From: Thermoplasmata archaeon
Lineage (GTDB): Archaea > Thermoplasmatota > SW-10-69-26 > JACQPN01 > JAJPHT01
DNA: 64,000 nt
NCBI GenBank assembly: GCA_034667685.1
Contig: JAXDQU010000106.1
Span: 11,610 to 75,609, forward strand
Direction of reading: 5' to 3'
This document shows positions 52,784-62,300 of this stretch, one piece after another. Below the pieces are notes generated by a model, which did no database searches, was not told the DNA's origin, and saw only the letters and a list, made by a program, of their open reading frames with translations. Position 1 is the first letter of the stretch. Every line of letters begins with the position of its first letter. The translations under genes were made by a program, and so were the position numbers.

Positions 52784-54030
52784 GATATCACCTGGAGGCT
52801 GGCGCCGAGGCGCTGGAAGTCGGTCAGGAAGGCGGGATAGCTGACGGCGTGCGCCTCGTGGTCGTCCAGCACGAGCGGGCCCTGCGCGGCGAGGCCGCAG
52901 ACGGCGAGCGCCATCTCGACGCGGTGGTCGCCTTCCGTGACGAGGCCGCCCGCGCCGTGGACCGGGCCGCCGCGGATGATGGCGCCATCCTCGCGCTCGC
53001 GGGCGTCGACGCCCAGGCGCTGCAGGTTCGTCACCATCGCGCGGATGCGGTCGCTCTCCTTGAAGCGCAGGTGCGCCGCGCCGGATAGCACCGTCTCGCC
53101 CTGCGCATGGGCCGCGATCGCGCAGAGGATGGGGAAGAGGTCGGGCGTGTCGCTGAGATCGGCTTCGATCCCACGCAGCGGCGCCTTCGCGACCGTGACG
53201 CTCCGGCCGCGCGCCGCGACCCTGGCGCCGAAGCGCCGCAGCAGCTCCACGATGGCCCGGTCGCCCTGCGCGGTGCGCTCGGGCAGGTTCTCCACCGTGA
53301 CCTCGCCCGCAAGCGCGCCCGCCGCGAGCGGAAAGGCCGCGGTGCTGAAGTCGCCCGGCACCGGGTAGTCGCGCGCGCGGTAGCTCTGACCGCCGGGCAC
53401 CGCGAGCCCATCCACGCGCGCCCCGAAGTCGCGCATCATCTCCCGGGTGATATCAACGTACGGCTCGCTCTTGAGCGCGCCCTCGATCTCCACCGTGACG
53501 CCCTGCGGCGTCCGGGCGCCGGCGAGGAGCAACGCGCTCACGAACTGGCTCGACACATCGCCGGGAAGACGCGCGCGTCCCCCCTGGAGCGGCCCGCGGA
53601 TGGCGAGCGGCGCATTGCCCTCGGCGCTCGTCGTCTTGGCGCCCAGCGACTCCAGCGCCGCGAGGAGCGGGCCCATCGGACGCTTGCGCAGCGAGGCGTC
53701 GCCCGTGAGCCGGACTTCCGCGCCCGAGAGCGCGACGATCGCGCTGAGCAGCCGCAGCGTCGTCCCGCTGTTGAGGCAATCGATCGTCTCGCGGGGCGCG
53801 CGCACGACGCCGTCGCTCGTGATCCGGATCGCCTCGCCGCGCTCGACCGTGGCGCCGAGCATCTCGACCGCCTGGAGCGTGGCGCGCGGGTCCTCCGAGA
53901 GGAGCGCGTCGCGCACCGTGGTCGTGCCCTCGGCGAGCAGGCCCAGGAGGAGCGCGCGGTGCGTGTAGGACTTGGAGGGCGCGGCCTTGACCGTGCCGTG
54001 GACCGACGAGGGCGAGACGCGGAGGCTCAT
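52780..54030 (-). CDS. aroA: 3-phosphoshikimate 1-carboxyvinyltransferase (EPSP synthase)
   Basis: KSYTHRALLLG, LNSGTTLRLL, DVSSQFVSALLLAGA blocks. 416 aa. Confidence 0.85.
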   Translation of the reverse strand: MSLRVSPSSVHGTVKAAPSKSYTHRALLLGLLAEGTTTVRDALLSEDPRATLQAVEMLGATVERGEAIRITSDGVVRAPRETIDCLNSGTTLRLLSAIVALSGAEVRLTGDASLRKRPMGPLLAALESLGAKTTSAEGNAPLAIRGPLQGGRARLPGDVSSQFVSALLLAGARTPQGVTVEIEGALKSEPYVDITREMMRDFGARVDGLAVPGGQSYRARDYPVPGDFSTAAFPLAAGALAGEVTVENLPERTAQGDRAIVELLRRFGARVAARGRSVTVAKAPLRGIEADLSDTPDLFPILCAIAAHAQGETVLSGAAHLRFKESDRIRAMVTNLQRLGVDAREREDGAIIRGGPVHGAGGLVTEGDHRVEMALAVCGLAAQGPLVLDDHEAHAVSYPAFLTDFQRLGASLQVIS

Positions 54031-54914
54031 GATAGCACCTCGGCGCGCGCGTTGGTGGGGCGCGTCAGGAGGACCTGCGCGTTGGGGGCGAGGCTCCGCA
54101 GCGCGCTCTCGACGGCCTTGGTGTCGGCCTCGCGCGCGACCGCCGCGAACGCGGGGCCCTTGCCCGAGACGCCCGCGGCGAGCGCGCCCGACGCAAGCGC
54201 GGCGCGGGTCCACCCGGGAGACGTGCCGTAGAGCGCGCCGCAGACGAGGCCGTTCATCGTCATCGCATCCGCCCAACGCCCGACCCGCGCGAGCGTGTGC
54301 GCCTCCAGCGCGAGCGGCGCGAAGGGCGCGTAAGGCAGGTCCTTGACCGAGAGAGTAGGAGTCTTGGTGGAGGGAACTAGGAGGATAACACGGAGCGACT
54401 CGTCCACGTCCTCGCGGTGGAGCACCTTCCGCTGGCGGTTGTCCGTCACGACGAGGCCCCCCTGCATGGAAGCGCTCGCATCGTCGAACGCGCCCGTGAT
54501 CGTGACGCCCGCGTCGAGCGCGGCCTCGATGGCGGCGTCGAGCAACGCCGCGCGATCCAGCGCGCGCCCCTCGTAGAGCTGGAAGGCGCGGTTCGCGGCC
54601 AACACGATGGCATTGGCCGCCGCGCTGCTGGATTTCAGCCCGCGGGTCGCGGGGATCGTGCTGGTCGTCTCGACGCGACCGCCCCAATCCGGCTCGCCCA
54701 GGCGCGCGACGACGGCCTTGAGCGCGAGACGCGCCAGCATCGGGTCCTCCGCCTCCTCCCCGTCGATCACGACCTCGACCTCGGGCACGTCCTCGAGCAG
54801 CGTCACCTTGGCCTCCGTGCGCAGGTCCACCGCGAACGCCGCCCCCGCGTGGCCCGTGACGATGGCGTTGACGACGCTCACCGCGCCCTGGGCGAACGCG
54901 CGCGCCACGCTCAT
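54027..54914 (-). CDS. aroK: archaeal GHMP-type shikimate kinase
   Basis: GHMP motif PATRGLKSSSAAANA. 295 aa, in aro operon context. ATG overlaps the upstream stop. Confidence 0.75.
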   Translation of the reverse strand: MSVARAFAQGAVSVVNAIVTGHAGAAFAVDLRTEAKVTLLEDVPEVEVVIDGEEAEDPMLARLALKAVVARLGEPDWGGRVETTSTIPATRGLKSSSAAANAIVLAANRAFQLYEGRALDRAALLDAAIEAALDAGVTITGAFDDASASMQGGLVVTDNRQRKVLHREDVDESLRVILLVPSTKTPTLSVKDLPYAPFAPLALEAHTLARVGRWADAMTMNGLVCGALYGTSPGWTRAALASGALAAGVSGKGPAFAAVAREADTKAVESALRSLAPNAQVLLTRPTNARAEVLS

Positions 54915-56368
54915 GATAGCACGCTCCGCATCGCGTCGAGGGGCGCCTCGCGGCCCGTCCAGAGCTTGAACGCGCGCGCCCCCTGGTGCAGGAGCATCGC
55001 CCGCCCGTCCACCGCCACGAGACCGCGCGCGCGGGCCTCGCGGACCAGACGCGTGCCGCCCGGCCGGTAAACCGCATCGAGCAACGCCGCCCCGGACCCG
55101 AGACGCGCGACGTCGATCGGGCTTTCGTCCTGGTGGAGCCCCACCGTCGTGCAGTTCACGACGAGCGCAAAAGGAGCAGGGTCCGCGCCCCACGGCAGCA
55201 CGGCAAAGCCCAACGCCGCCGCCTTCTCGGCCGTCCGGTTGCTGACCGTCACGCGCGCCCCGGCGCCCGCCAACGCATGCGCCACGCCACGCGCCGCGCC
55301 CCCCGCGCCCAAAACGAGCGCACCGAGCCCGCGGACCGCGACACCCGCCTCGGCCAGCGCATCGAGCGCCCCCGCGCCATCCGTGTTGTGCGCCTCCACC
55401 TTGCCGTCGCGGAACACGAGCGCGTTGGCCGCGCCCGCCGCCCGCGCCTCCGGCGAGACGACGTCCACCAGGTCCAACGCCGCGACCTTGTGCGGCACCG
55501 TCAGGCTGACGCCCAAGGGCGGCGCGGCCCGAAAGCCCGCGATCGCCGCATCCAGGTTCTGCGGCGCGACGTCCAACGCAAGATAGCACGCATCGAGACC
55601 GAGCGCGCGGAACGCCGCGTTGTGCATCGCGGGCGAAAGCGAATGCGAGACGGGATGGCCCACGACGTAGGCCGCGCGCGTCGCCGCGCCGAAGCTAGAT
55701 CTGCTGAGATCTAGCTGGACCCGGCGCAGCGCGTCGAGGGGCACCTGCCCCGCGGTCGCGGCTGGCGCGCCGGGCACGCTGCCATACGCGAGCGCGAGGC
55801 CCAGCGCGGGCGCAAGCAGGCGCAGGAACGGATCGTTGACCGCCATGATCGCGCACGGGATCTTCTCCTGGCGGGCGCGTTGGGCGGCTTCGACGAGCGC
55901 GGCGGCGTCCTGCGGGCCCTGGACGAACGTGGCGATCTTGGCGACGTCGGCGCCCAGCGCGCGCATCTGACGCAGCGTGGCGAGGAGCGCGTCGGCGCTG
56001 GGCGTGCCGGCGAGGTCGTGCTGCGAGACGATCGCCTGGGCGTCCATGGCGTGGGCTTCGGCGACGAGGGCGCGCGCTTCGTCGTTGGCGAGCTCGACGT
56101 CGATCGCCTTGGCGCCGGCCCGGAGCGCGCGGCGGAGGATATCGTTCCGGGTCTTGTCGTCAGCATGGCTACGGCCGCCGTCGTCCGCGTGGCGCATGGT
56201 GGCGATGCAGGGCTTGGCGAAGCTGAAGAACGCGCGCAGGTCCCAGGGCAGGCCGCTGGGCCCGTCGAGGCGGATCTCGATCCAGTCGGCGTGGGCCTCG
56301 GCGGCCCGGGCGCGGGCGTAGAGCTCGTCGGGCGTCTCGCCGATGGCCGTCGCGACGAGGAGCGTCAT
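54911..56368 (-). CDS. aroDE: fused 3-dehydroquinate dehydratase (type I) / shikimate 5-dehydrogenase
   Basis: N-terminal type I DHQase (IEIRLD, catalytic Lys in DVAKIATF). C-terminal AroE (HSLSPAMHNAAF, NTDGAGALDAL, LVLGAGGAARGVA). Confidence 0.8.
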   Translation of the reverse strand: MTLLVATAIGETPDELYARARAAEAHADWIEIRLDGPSGLPWDLRAFFSFAKPCIATMRHADDGGRSHADDKTRNDILRRALRAGAKAIDVELANDEARALVAEAHAMDAQAIVSQHDLAGTPSADALLATLRQMRALGADVAKIATFVQGPQDAAALVEAAQRARQEKIPCAIMAVNDPFLRLLAPALGLALAYGSVPGAPAATAGQVPLDALRRVQLDLSRSSFGAATRAAYVVGHPVSHSLSPAMHNAAFRALGLDACYLALDVAPQNLDAAIAGFRAAPPLGVSLTVPHKVAALDLVDVVSPEARAAGAANALVFRDGKVEAHNTDGAGALDALAEAGVAVRGLGALVLGAGGAARGVAHALAGAGARVTVSNRTAEKAAALGFAVLPWGADPAPFALVVNCTTVGLHQDESPIDVARLGSGAALLDAVYRPGGTRLVREARARGLVAVDGRAMLLHQGARAFKLWTGREAPLDAMRSVLS

Positions 56369-56369
56369 G

Positions 56370-57371
56370 CTATCGCTCCGTGACCGTCTCGTCGACGCTC
56401 ATGCCGAAGTGGCGGCCGCCCCGGTCGAGGCGCACGAGGATGATATCGCCTGGCGCGAGCGCGACGACGCTCTTGGTGCCTTGGGGGCCCACGAGGCGGA
56501 TGGTCTCGGCGTTCTGGACGAGGGTGGCGACGTGCTTGCCCTCGGGCGTCTGCGCCTCGATGAGCAGGAGGGGGCGGCGCTCGATCTTCACGCGGCCCAG
56601 CACGACCTTGCGGGCGTGGCCGTCGCGTCCCACCGCGAGGACCTCGTCGCCGGCGCGCAGCTCGGAAAGATATCGCGTCCCGCCGCCCGGGACGAGGCAG
56701 TAGGCGTGGACGGCGCCCGCGTTCACCCGGAACGGCCGCGCGGCGACGTAGCCGCTCTCGCGCGCCTCGGACGCGACGAGGAAGAGCGCGCCGCTCGCGT
56801 TGCCGCACAGGACACCCTCGTCCTCGGCCAGGAGGCTGGCGGTATCGAGGCAGGCGCGGTCGCCGGCGCCCACGGGGTGGATGCGCGTGACGCGGGCCTC
56901 CACGAGGCTCTCTTGGGCGGCGGCCTTGAGCGCGTCGGCGGCCGCGCGCGCGTGCTTGGCCGGGAGGAGGACGACGTCGACGCCGCTCTCGAGCGTCTCC
57001 AGGAGCACCTTGGCGTCGGCGGCGTCGGCGGCGGTGGCGATCAGGCGCGTGCCCTGCCGGCGGTAGGCGGCGATGAGGTTCTCGTGCGGGATCACGCGCC
57101 AGTCGCGCGCGTCGACGTGCACGGCCTCGTGCCGGCCGGCCATCTGGAGCGCGCGGGCCTGGTCGTCGGGCGTGCGGATCTCGACGCGCGGCGCGAGGAG
57201 CGCATCGCCTTCGCGCAGCCCCTGCTCGTCGAGGCGCAGCACGCGGACGCGCGCGAGGCCTTGCGGAAGCTCGCCCTGCGCGACGAAGGTGGTGAAGCCC
57301 GCCTCCAGCGCCTCGGTCATTGCCGCTTGGGGCGACTTGGCGGGGAGGAGGATCCAGACGCGCTCGATCAC
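56370..57371 (-). CDS. 3-dehydroquinate synthase II (archaeal AroB')
   Basis: GTG start overlapping the upstream stop (GTGA). Family blocks (VWILLPAK...LVEARVTRIHPVGAGDRACLDT...GMSVDETVTER) typical of archaeal DHQ synthase II. Confidence 0.8.
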   Translation of the reverse strand: MIERVWILLPAKSPQAAMTEALEAGFTTFVAQGELPQGLARVRVLRLDEQGLREGDALLAPRVEIRTPDDQARALQMAGRHEAVHVDARDWRVIPHENLIAAYRRQGTRLIATAADAADAKVLLETLESGVDVVLLPAKHARAAADALKAAAQESLVEARVTRIHPVGAGDRACLDTASLLAEDEGVLCGNASGALFLVASEARESGYVAARPFRVNAGAVHAYCLVPGGGTRYLSELRAGDEVLAVGRDGHARKVVLGRVKIERRPLLLIEAQTPEGKHVATLVQNAETIRLVGPQGTKSVVALAPGDIILVRLDRGGRHFGMSVDETVTER

Positions 57372-58156
57372 AGGTCGCGGACCACCTCGTCCAGCGTGGC
57401 CTTGCCGTGGACGAGGCGGCCCACGGCGCGCGTGATGCCGGCGACGTCCTTGTGCTGCCAGAGGTTGCGTCCGACCGAGACGCCCGCGCCGCCCGCGGCG
57501 AGCGAGCCGGCGACCATCTCCAGGAAGGCGCGGTCGGTGTCGGCCTTGGGGCCGCCGCTGATGACGACGGGCACGTCCACGGACCGCACGACCTCGCGGA
57601 ACGTGTCGGGCGAGCCCGTGTAGGGGACCTTGATGATATCAGCGCCCAGCTCGTAGCCTAGGCGCGCGACCTTCTTGACGAGCTTGAGGTCGTGCGGGTT
57701 GGTGATCTCGTGGCCGCGCGGGTACATCATGGCCAGGAGCGGGAGGCCGTAGCGGTCGCAGTCGTCCGAGAGACGGCCCACGTCCTCGATCATGCGCGAC
57801 TCCTCGGGGCTGCCGACGTTCACGTGGACCGAGAGCCCGTCCGCGCCCAGGCGGAGCGCCTCCTCGACCGACGCGACGACGCGCTTGTCGTTGGGGTCGG
57901 GGTTGAGGCCCGTGCTGGCGCTCACGTGGAGCCACACGCCCATCCCGCCGACGCTGCCCGCCAGCGAGCGCACGACGCCCTTGTGGACGACGATGCTGTC
58001 GGCGCCGCCCCGCGCGACGGCGGCCGCGGTCTCGGCCGGCCGCTCCAGGCCGGGGAGGGGGCCGTCGCTGACGCCGTGGTCCATGGGGACGATGACGCCC
58101 TTGCCTTCCGCACCGAGGAGGCGGCGGAGCCGGAGCCGCTTGCCAACGCTTGTCAT
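57368..58156 (-). CDS. 2-amino-3,7-dideoxy-D-threo-hept-6-ulosonate (ADH) synthase, class I aldolase family (AroA')
   Basis: DhnA-type class I aldolase blocks (GVIVPMDHGV, Schiff-base Lys in ADIIKVPYTG). First gene of the aro operon. Start at MTSVGK. Confidence 0.75.
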   Translation of the reverse strand: MTSVGKRLRLRRLLGAEGKGVIVPMDHGVSDGPLPGLERPAETAAAVARGGADSIVVHKGVVRSLAGSVGGMGVWLHVSASTGLNPDPNDKRVVASVEEALRLGADGLSVHVNVGSPEESRMIEDVGRLSDDCDRYGLPLLAMMYPRGHEITNPHDLKLVKKVARLGYELGADIIKVPYTGSPDTFREVVRSVDVPVVISGGPKADTDRAFLEMVAGSLAAGGAGVSVGRNLWQHKDVAGITRAVGRLVHGKATLDEVVRDL

Positions 58157-58284
58157 GGTCTGTCGAGGGTGTATACGCGCGGGCATATCAAGACATTGCT
58201 CCGCAAGATTGGTCATCGCCACTGTCCAGAAGTCGCCATTCTGGAAGGATTTATGACTCCGCTGCGCATCCTCGATCATTGGCC

Positions 58285-58785
58285 ATGTGGGACCTTCTCA
58301 CGCGCTACTTCCAGCGCTTCCCCGCCCAGAGCCGCGTCGCCCAGACGCTCCTCACCCAGGGACTGAGCGTGCGCGACGACGGCGTCTACTCGGGAGAGGT
58401 CGCCATCAGCGACACGGCCCTCGCCCGCGCGTGCGGCGTCGACCGGCGCATCATCGCCGCCACGGTCGAGACCATCCGCCGCGAGCCGGAGCTCCAGAAG
58501 GTCTACTCGCGTCTCCAACCCACCGGCCTCCTCAAGGACGTCGCGCCGCAGCTGCGCTGGGGCGTCATCGAGATCGTCCCCAGCGACGCGCGCGAGCCCG
58601 GCATCCTCGCCCACGTCGCCACCGTCATCGCCAAGCGCGGGCTCTCCATCCGCCAGGCCATCGTCGACGACCCCGACCTCGTCGAGGAGCCGCGCCTCTA
58701 CGTCATCACGGAAGCGCAGGTGCCCATGGACGTCATCAGCGAGATCCGCGAAGGGCACGGCATCAAGAGCGTCGTGATCTCGTAA
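58285..58785 (+). CDS. ACT-domain regulator of amino-acid metabolism (COG2150-like) with N-terminal HTH
   Basis: HTH-like SDTALARACGVDRRIIAATVETIRRE. C-terminal ACT-like GILAHVATVIAKRGLSIRQAIVDD. Divergent from the aro operon, which is a common archaeal arrangement. Start at MWDLL. Confidence 0.55.
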   Translation: MWDLLTRYFQRFPAQSRVAQTLLTQGLSVRDDGVYSGEVAISDTALARACGVDRRIIAATVETIRREPELQKVYSRLQPTGLLKDVAPQLRWGVIEIVPSDAREPGILAHVATVIAKRGLSIRQAIVDDPDLVEEPRLYVITEAQVPMDVISEIREGHGIKSVVIS

Positions 58786-58805
58786 CGGCGCGCGGACTTG
58801 TTTCC

Positions 58806-58975
58806 TGCAACGTGTTCCGTGCTTCCGTGCAACGTGAACGTGGAACGAACGCCGTGAACGAGAACGTGAACGACCGTCCCGGCTAGATCTGGCCAGATCT
58901 AGCCGAGCCGCGGCGCCGTCCTGCCGTTCACGTTCACGGCCAACGTTCACGTCGCACGTTGCACGGGACGCGCCC
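58806..58975. repeat. complex inverted-repeat region with >=7 GTGAACG/CGTTCAC-type motifs around a perfect 24-bp palindrome GGCTAGATCTGGCCAGATCTAGCC (58881..58904)
   Basis: Left arm TGCAACGTGAACGTGGAACGAACGCCGTGAACGAGAACGTGAACG. Right arm is its imperfect reverse complement (CCGTTCACGTTCACGGCCAACGTTCACGTCGCACGTTGCACG). Confidence 0.8.
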
Positions 58976-59003
58976 AAGTCGCCTGCGCCTGGAGCAAGCC
59001 ATC

Positions 59004-59495
59004 ATGTGCTCGCCGCGGGTTGAGGACGGCGTGCGCCCCCGCATGGTCTGGTACCGCTACCGGCGCGAGTTCCCGCACGGCGCGCAGGAATGCTATCGGT
59101 GGCTCACGGACTACCAAGACCACGACCCCGACCTGGCCAACCGGAACATCCTCCAGGAGCGGCAGGTCGAGTCGCGCAGCCCGGAGCGCGTCGTGATGCG
59201 CGTGCGCAACGACGTCCTGGGGCGCAGCATGGCCGGGCGCGCGGAGGTGCGCCTGTTCCCCGAGGAATTGCGCTACGAGGCGCGCCCGCTCGAAGGCGAT
59301 GGCGGCGGCCTTCTCTACACCTATCGGCTCACGCCCCTGGGGCCCGGCCGCGCGCGGCTGGAGGTCGCCTACGGGCACCGCGCGCGGAAGCTGAAGCGCT
59401 GGCTTCAGCTGCAGCTCGCGCGCCTGGCCGCGCTGCGCCGCATCGCGCGCATGTGGGACGGGTTCGCCGACGCGATGGCGAAGGACCTGGGCTGA
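59004..59495 (+). CDS. SRPBCC (START/polyketide-cyclase-like) family protein
   Basis: MVWYRYRREFPHGAQECYRWLTDYQDHDPDL N-terminal beta-strand/helix pattern resembling SRPBCC ligand-binding proteins. Weak assignment. Confidence 0.4.
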   Translation: MCSPRVEDGVRPRMVWYRYRREFPHGAQECYRWLTDYQDHDPDLANRNILQERQVESRSPERVVMRVRNDVLGRSMAGRAEVRLFPEELRYEARPLEGDGGGLLYTYRLTPLGPGRARLEVAYGHRARKLKRWLQLQLARLAALRRIARMWDGFADAMAKDLG

Positions 59496-59813
59496 ACGCC
59501 TGGCGCGCCGAAGCGGATTCGGGGGCAGGTTCATCTGATCCGGCGGCCAAGCACAGGCCACATGCCTGGCCGCAAGAACCCGTCGAGCCACGACAACGAG
59601 GACCTGCGCGACTTCCGCCGCTTCCAGGCGCGCCTGCGCGGCGAAGGCGTCGTGGGCGACCAGGCGCCCGGCATGGACATCCTCGCCTCGCCGCGGCCGG
59701 ACGCTGAAGTCCGGCGGTCGAAGCACCGCGAGAATTTTAGGCGATAGGGGGTTCGGGGGCGCAGCCCCAACGTCTGGACCTCGTCTCAACCTGGGGTTGA
59801 GATTCCGTTCGCG

Positions 59814-60584
59814 CTACGTGAAGCCCGCGCGACTCTCGATGACCACACTTTGGATGACCGTCTCAGGCACGAATCGCGCGTCCATGTCCGACGCAGCCGG
59901 TCCGGTGAGGTCCCGGACGTAGAATCCGTCGGGCGTCTGAGCCACGAAGAAGAACGTCTGGTTGTCCAGGTCGGACGGGGCCGTCGTGTGGAGCGTGACT
60001 ACCTTGTAGCTTGAGCGATGGGCAAGCGCGTCGTCGGCGGCGTTCCTGCCAAGCTCGGAGGCGCCGAACGTGACGAAAGCGACGACGAGGAACACGCCGA
60101 GCGCGAGCATCCCAAGCGAGGACGCAGTCTCCGGGTCCTTCCGCTGCCACCTGCGGACGAGAAGAACGCCCACCACGCAAGCCACAATGAGCAGGAGCAC
60201 CAGGCCGATGCCCCAATCCTGCGCGATGGGGCGCCCCGCAAGGGTCAGCGTGGTCACGGCGTGTGGCGTGAACGAGCTGAGCAGGAAGATGAACGCGACG
60301 ATGATCGTCAACACAGCGATCTCGGCAGACGTTGCTTCACGAGGCAACCGTCGGAACTGGACGAAGAAGCGGCGGACCAGGATCGCGGCGCCGCCGAGGA
60401 CCACCAACCACATCGACATGACGAAGCCTTGGATCACGAGGGTCTGCGGCGCACGGACGATGACGTTCTCGGGCACGCGCATTCGGACGTCGTAGGACGC
60501 GAACCAGAGCGTGCCCATGAACAGCCAAGCGCCCGTGACGAGGGCGACGAGGAATGCGCCATCGAGGGGGCGAGGCAACTTCAT
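59814..60584 (-). CDS. hypothetical polytopic membrane protein
   Basis: ~5 TM helices and a C-terminal soluble tail. Start at MKLPRP. Confidence 0.4.
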   Translation of the reverse strand: MKLPRPLDGAFLVALVTGAWLFMGTLWFASYDVRMRVPENVIVRAPQTLVIQGFVMSMWLVVLGGAAILVRRFFVQFRRLPREATSAEIAVLTIIVAFIFLLSSFTPHAVTTLTLAGRPIAQDWGIGLVLLLIVACVVGVLLVRRWQRKDPETASSLGMLALGVFLVVAFVTFGASELGRNAADDALAHRSSYKVVTLHTTAPSDLDNQTFFFVAQTPDGFYVRDLTGPAASDMDARFVPETVIQSVVIESRAGFT

Positions 60585-60642
60585 GCCCGCCCAAGCTCCG
60601 CCGGCAGGCAAGAACTGCGCGGAACGCGTCGGCTGTTACGCG

Positions 60643-62289
60643 TCACGTCTCCGCCGGCGTGTCGGCGCCGCTGGGCGTGATCTGCACGTTCAGCTCGGCC
60701 CACGCGGGTCCGGCGAAGTAGCGCACCTGGCGGCCGTCCTTGACGCGCTTGACGAGGCCGACGCCTTCGAGCTTCTCGACGTGCCAGCTGGCGAGCGAGG
60801 GCTGGATGCCCACGGCGGCGCACAATTCCTTCTGGCTGCTGCCGGGGTGCTCGACGATGAACTCGGCGACCTTCTTGGCCGTCTCGTTGCGCAGCGCGCC
60901 GTAGACGTCCTTCTTCTTGGTGTACTCGCCGGTGTTCACGAAGAAGCGCTTGTAGCGGCCGCTCTTCTTGGAGACGACGAGGCCGTGGCTCTCCAGGAGC
61001 TTGAGGTGGTAGACGGTCGTGCCCCAGCCGATGAGCGCCTTCTCGCCGATCTCGTGGGCGTGGATGCCGGGCGTGGCGCGGATCAGCTCGTAGATCTCGT
61101 CGCGCTTGCCGTGCTCCAGGACGTCCTGGCGCTCGATGCGGCTGTAGAGCGGGAGGAGGAGCGCGGTGGCGGCGAAGCGGAGGCGCGGCCAGAAGTAGAC
61201 CAGCGCGGCGAGGAGGCCCGCGCCGCCCGCGCCGGCGGCGCCCGCGGCGACGAGCGCGGCGGTGCCGCTCTTGGCGTCGGGGTGCGCGGGCGGGATGACG
61301 CGGAGCGTGTCGCTCACGGTGAAGACGATGCGCGCGGGGTTGCCCGCCTTGGCGCTGACGAGCCCGAGCGAGATGGGGCCGGGGAGCGTGACGTCCTGGT
61401 TGGAGTTGACGACGACGGGCTGGCCGTTGAGCGTCGTGTGGCCGCTGGCCTGCGCGAGCTGCGCGGAGCCGTGGACGTCCGCGATCGCGATGCCATAGCC
61501 CACGAAGGGGGCGTCGGACTGCGCCGCGAGGTCGCCGCGCGTGACGTCGACCACGAGGAACGTCTCGTCGCCGCCGTTCGTCGCGAGCGTGGTGGGGAGG
61601 ACGGTGTCGACGGCCTTGCCGGTGGCGGCGGACGTGCCGCGCAGGTGGACCTTGACGCCCTGGAGCAGCACGCGCATGCCCTGGTCCGCGCTGACGCTGC
61701 CGCCCCCGTTGGCGGAGAGCGAGAAGCCGTTCGCGTCGGCCTGGTAGAAGGGCTCGCCGGGTGCGCGCGCGGTGCTCGACGACCAGCCCGGCTCGTAGCC
61801 GGAGAGGTGCTGGGCCTGCGGGTTGGTGCCCAGCGAGGAGGCGGGGCCGGTCGTCGCGACGAGGCTGCCGGGCGCGCCGAAGCTCGGGCTGGGCGTCGCC
61901 TGCGTGCGGTTGTTGGTGACCGCGACCTGGTAGGCACCGGTCGCGCCCTCGACCGTCAGCGTCGCGTCGCGCAGCGTGTCGCCCTCGCTCTTGGGCGCAG
62001 CATCCGCGCAGCCCGACGGAAGGGGCGAGCCGCCGCTGCACGAGGCGGGGGAGTACGTGGTCGTGTTGTACGCGAGCTCCTGGGCGTTCAGCGTGAGCGC
62101 GAGGGGCTCGCTCCCCTTGGTCGAGACCCAGGAGACGACGCCACCGACGTAAGCCGAGTCCACCTTGCCGTTCAGGTAGATGGGGTCGTTGGCCTCGAAC
62201 GTGCTTCCGCCGAAGTCGGCGGCCAGCGCGAAAGGGGCCAGGAGGGCGACGAGGGCCAAGGATGTGACCGCTGCGGCTCGCATGCTCAT
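60643..62289 (-). CDS. membrane-tethered transcription regulator: signal peptide, extracellular domain, single TM, two cytoplasmic winged-helix domains
   Basis: Signal peptide MSMRAAAVTSLALVALLAPFALA. ~380-aa extracellular region with N-x-T sequons. TM LVAAGAAGAGGAGLLAALVYFW. Then wHTH 1 (DEIYELIRATPGIHAHEIGEKALIGWGTTVYHLKLLESHGLVVSKK) and wHTH 2 (VAEFIVEHPGSSQKELCAAVGIQPSLASWHVEKLEGVGLVKRV). Confidence 0.55.
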   Translation of the reverse strand: MSMRAAAVTSLALVALLAPFALAADFGGSTFEANDPIYLNGKVDSAYVGGVVSWVSTKGSEPLALTLNAQELAYNTTTYSPASCSGGSPLPSGCADAAPKSEGDTLRDATLTVEGATGAYQVAVTNNRTQATPSPSFGAPGSLVATTGPASSLGTNPQAQHLSGYEPGWSSSTARAPGEPFYQADANGFSLSANGGGSVSADQGMRVLLQGVKVHLRGTSAATGKAVDTVLPTTLATNGGDETFLVVDVTRGDLAAQSDAPFVGYGIAIADVHGSAQLAQASGHTTLNGQPVVVNSNQDVTLPGPISLGLVSAKAGNPARIVFTVSDTLRVIPPAHPDAKSGTAALVAAGAAGAGGAGLLAALVYFWPRLRFAATALLLPLYSRIERQDVLEHGKRDEIYELIRATPGIHAHEIGEKALIGWGTTVYHLKLLESHGLVVSKKSGRYKRFFVNTGEYTKKKDVYGALRNETAKKVAEFIVEHPGSSQKELCAAVGIQPSLASWHVEKLEGVGLVKRVKDGRQVRYFAGPAWAELNVQITPSGADTPAET

Positions 62290-62300
62290 CCACCCGGAAC

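Noticed and set aside
58806-58975. GTGAACG palindromic array as a replication origin (ORB cluster)
   Set aside because: No orc1/cdc6 gene, no AT-rich unwinding element and no canonical ORB consensus. Kept only as a regulatory/structural repeat finding.
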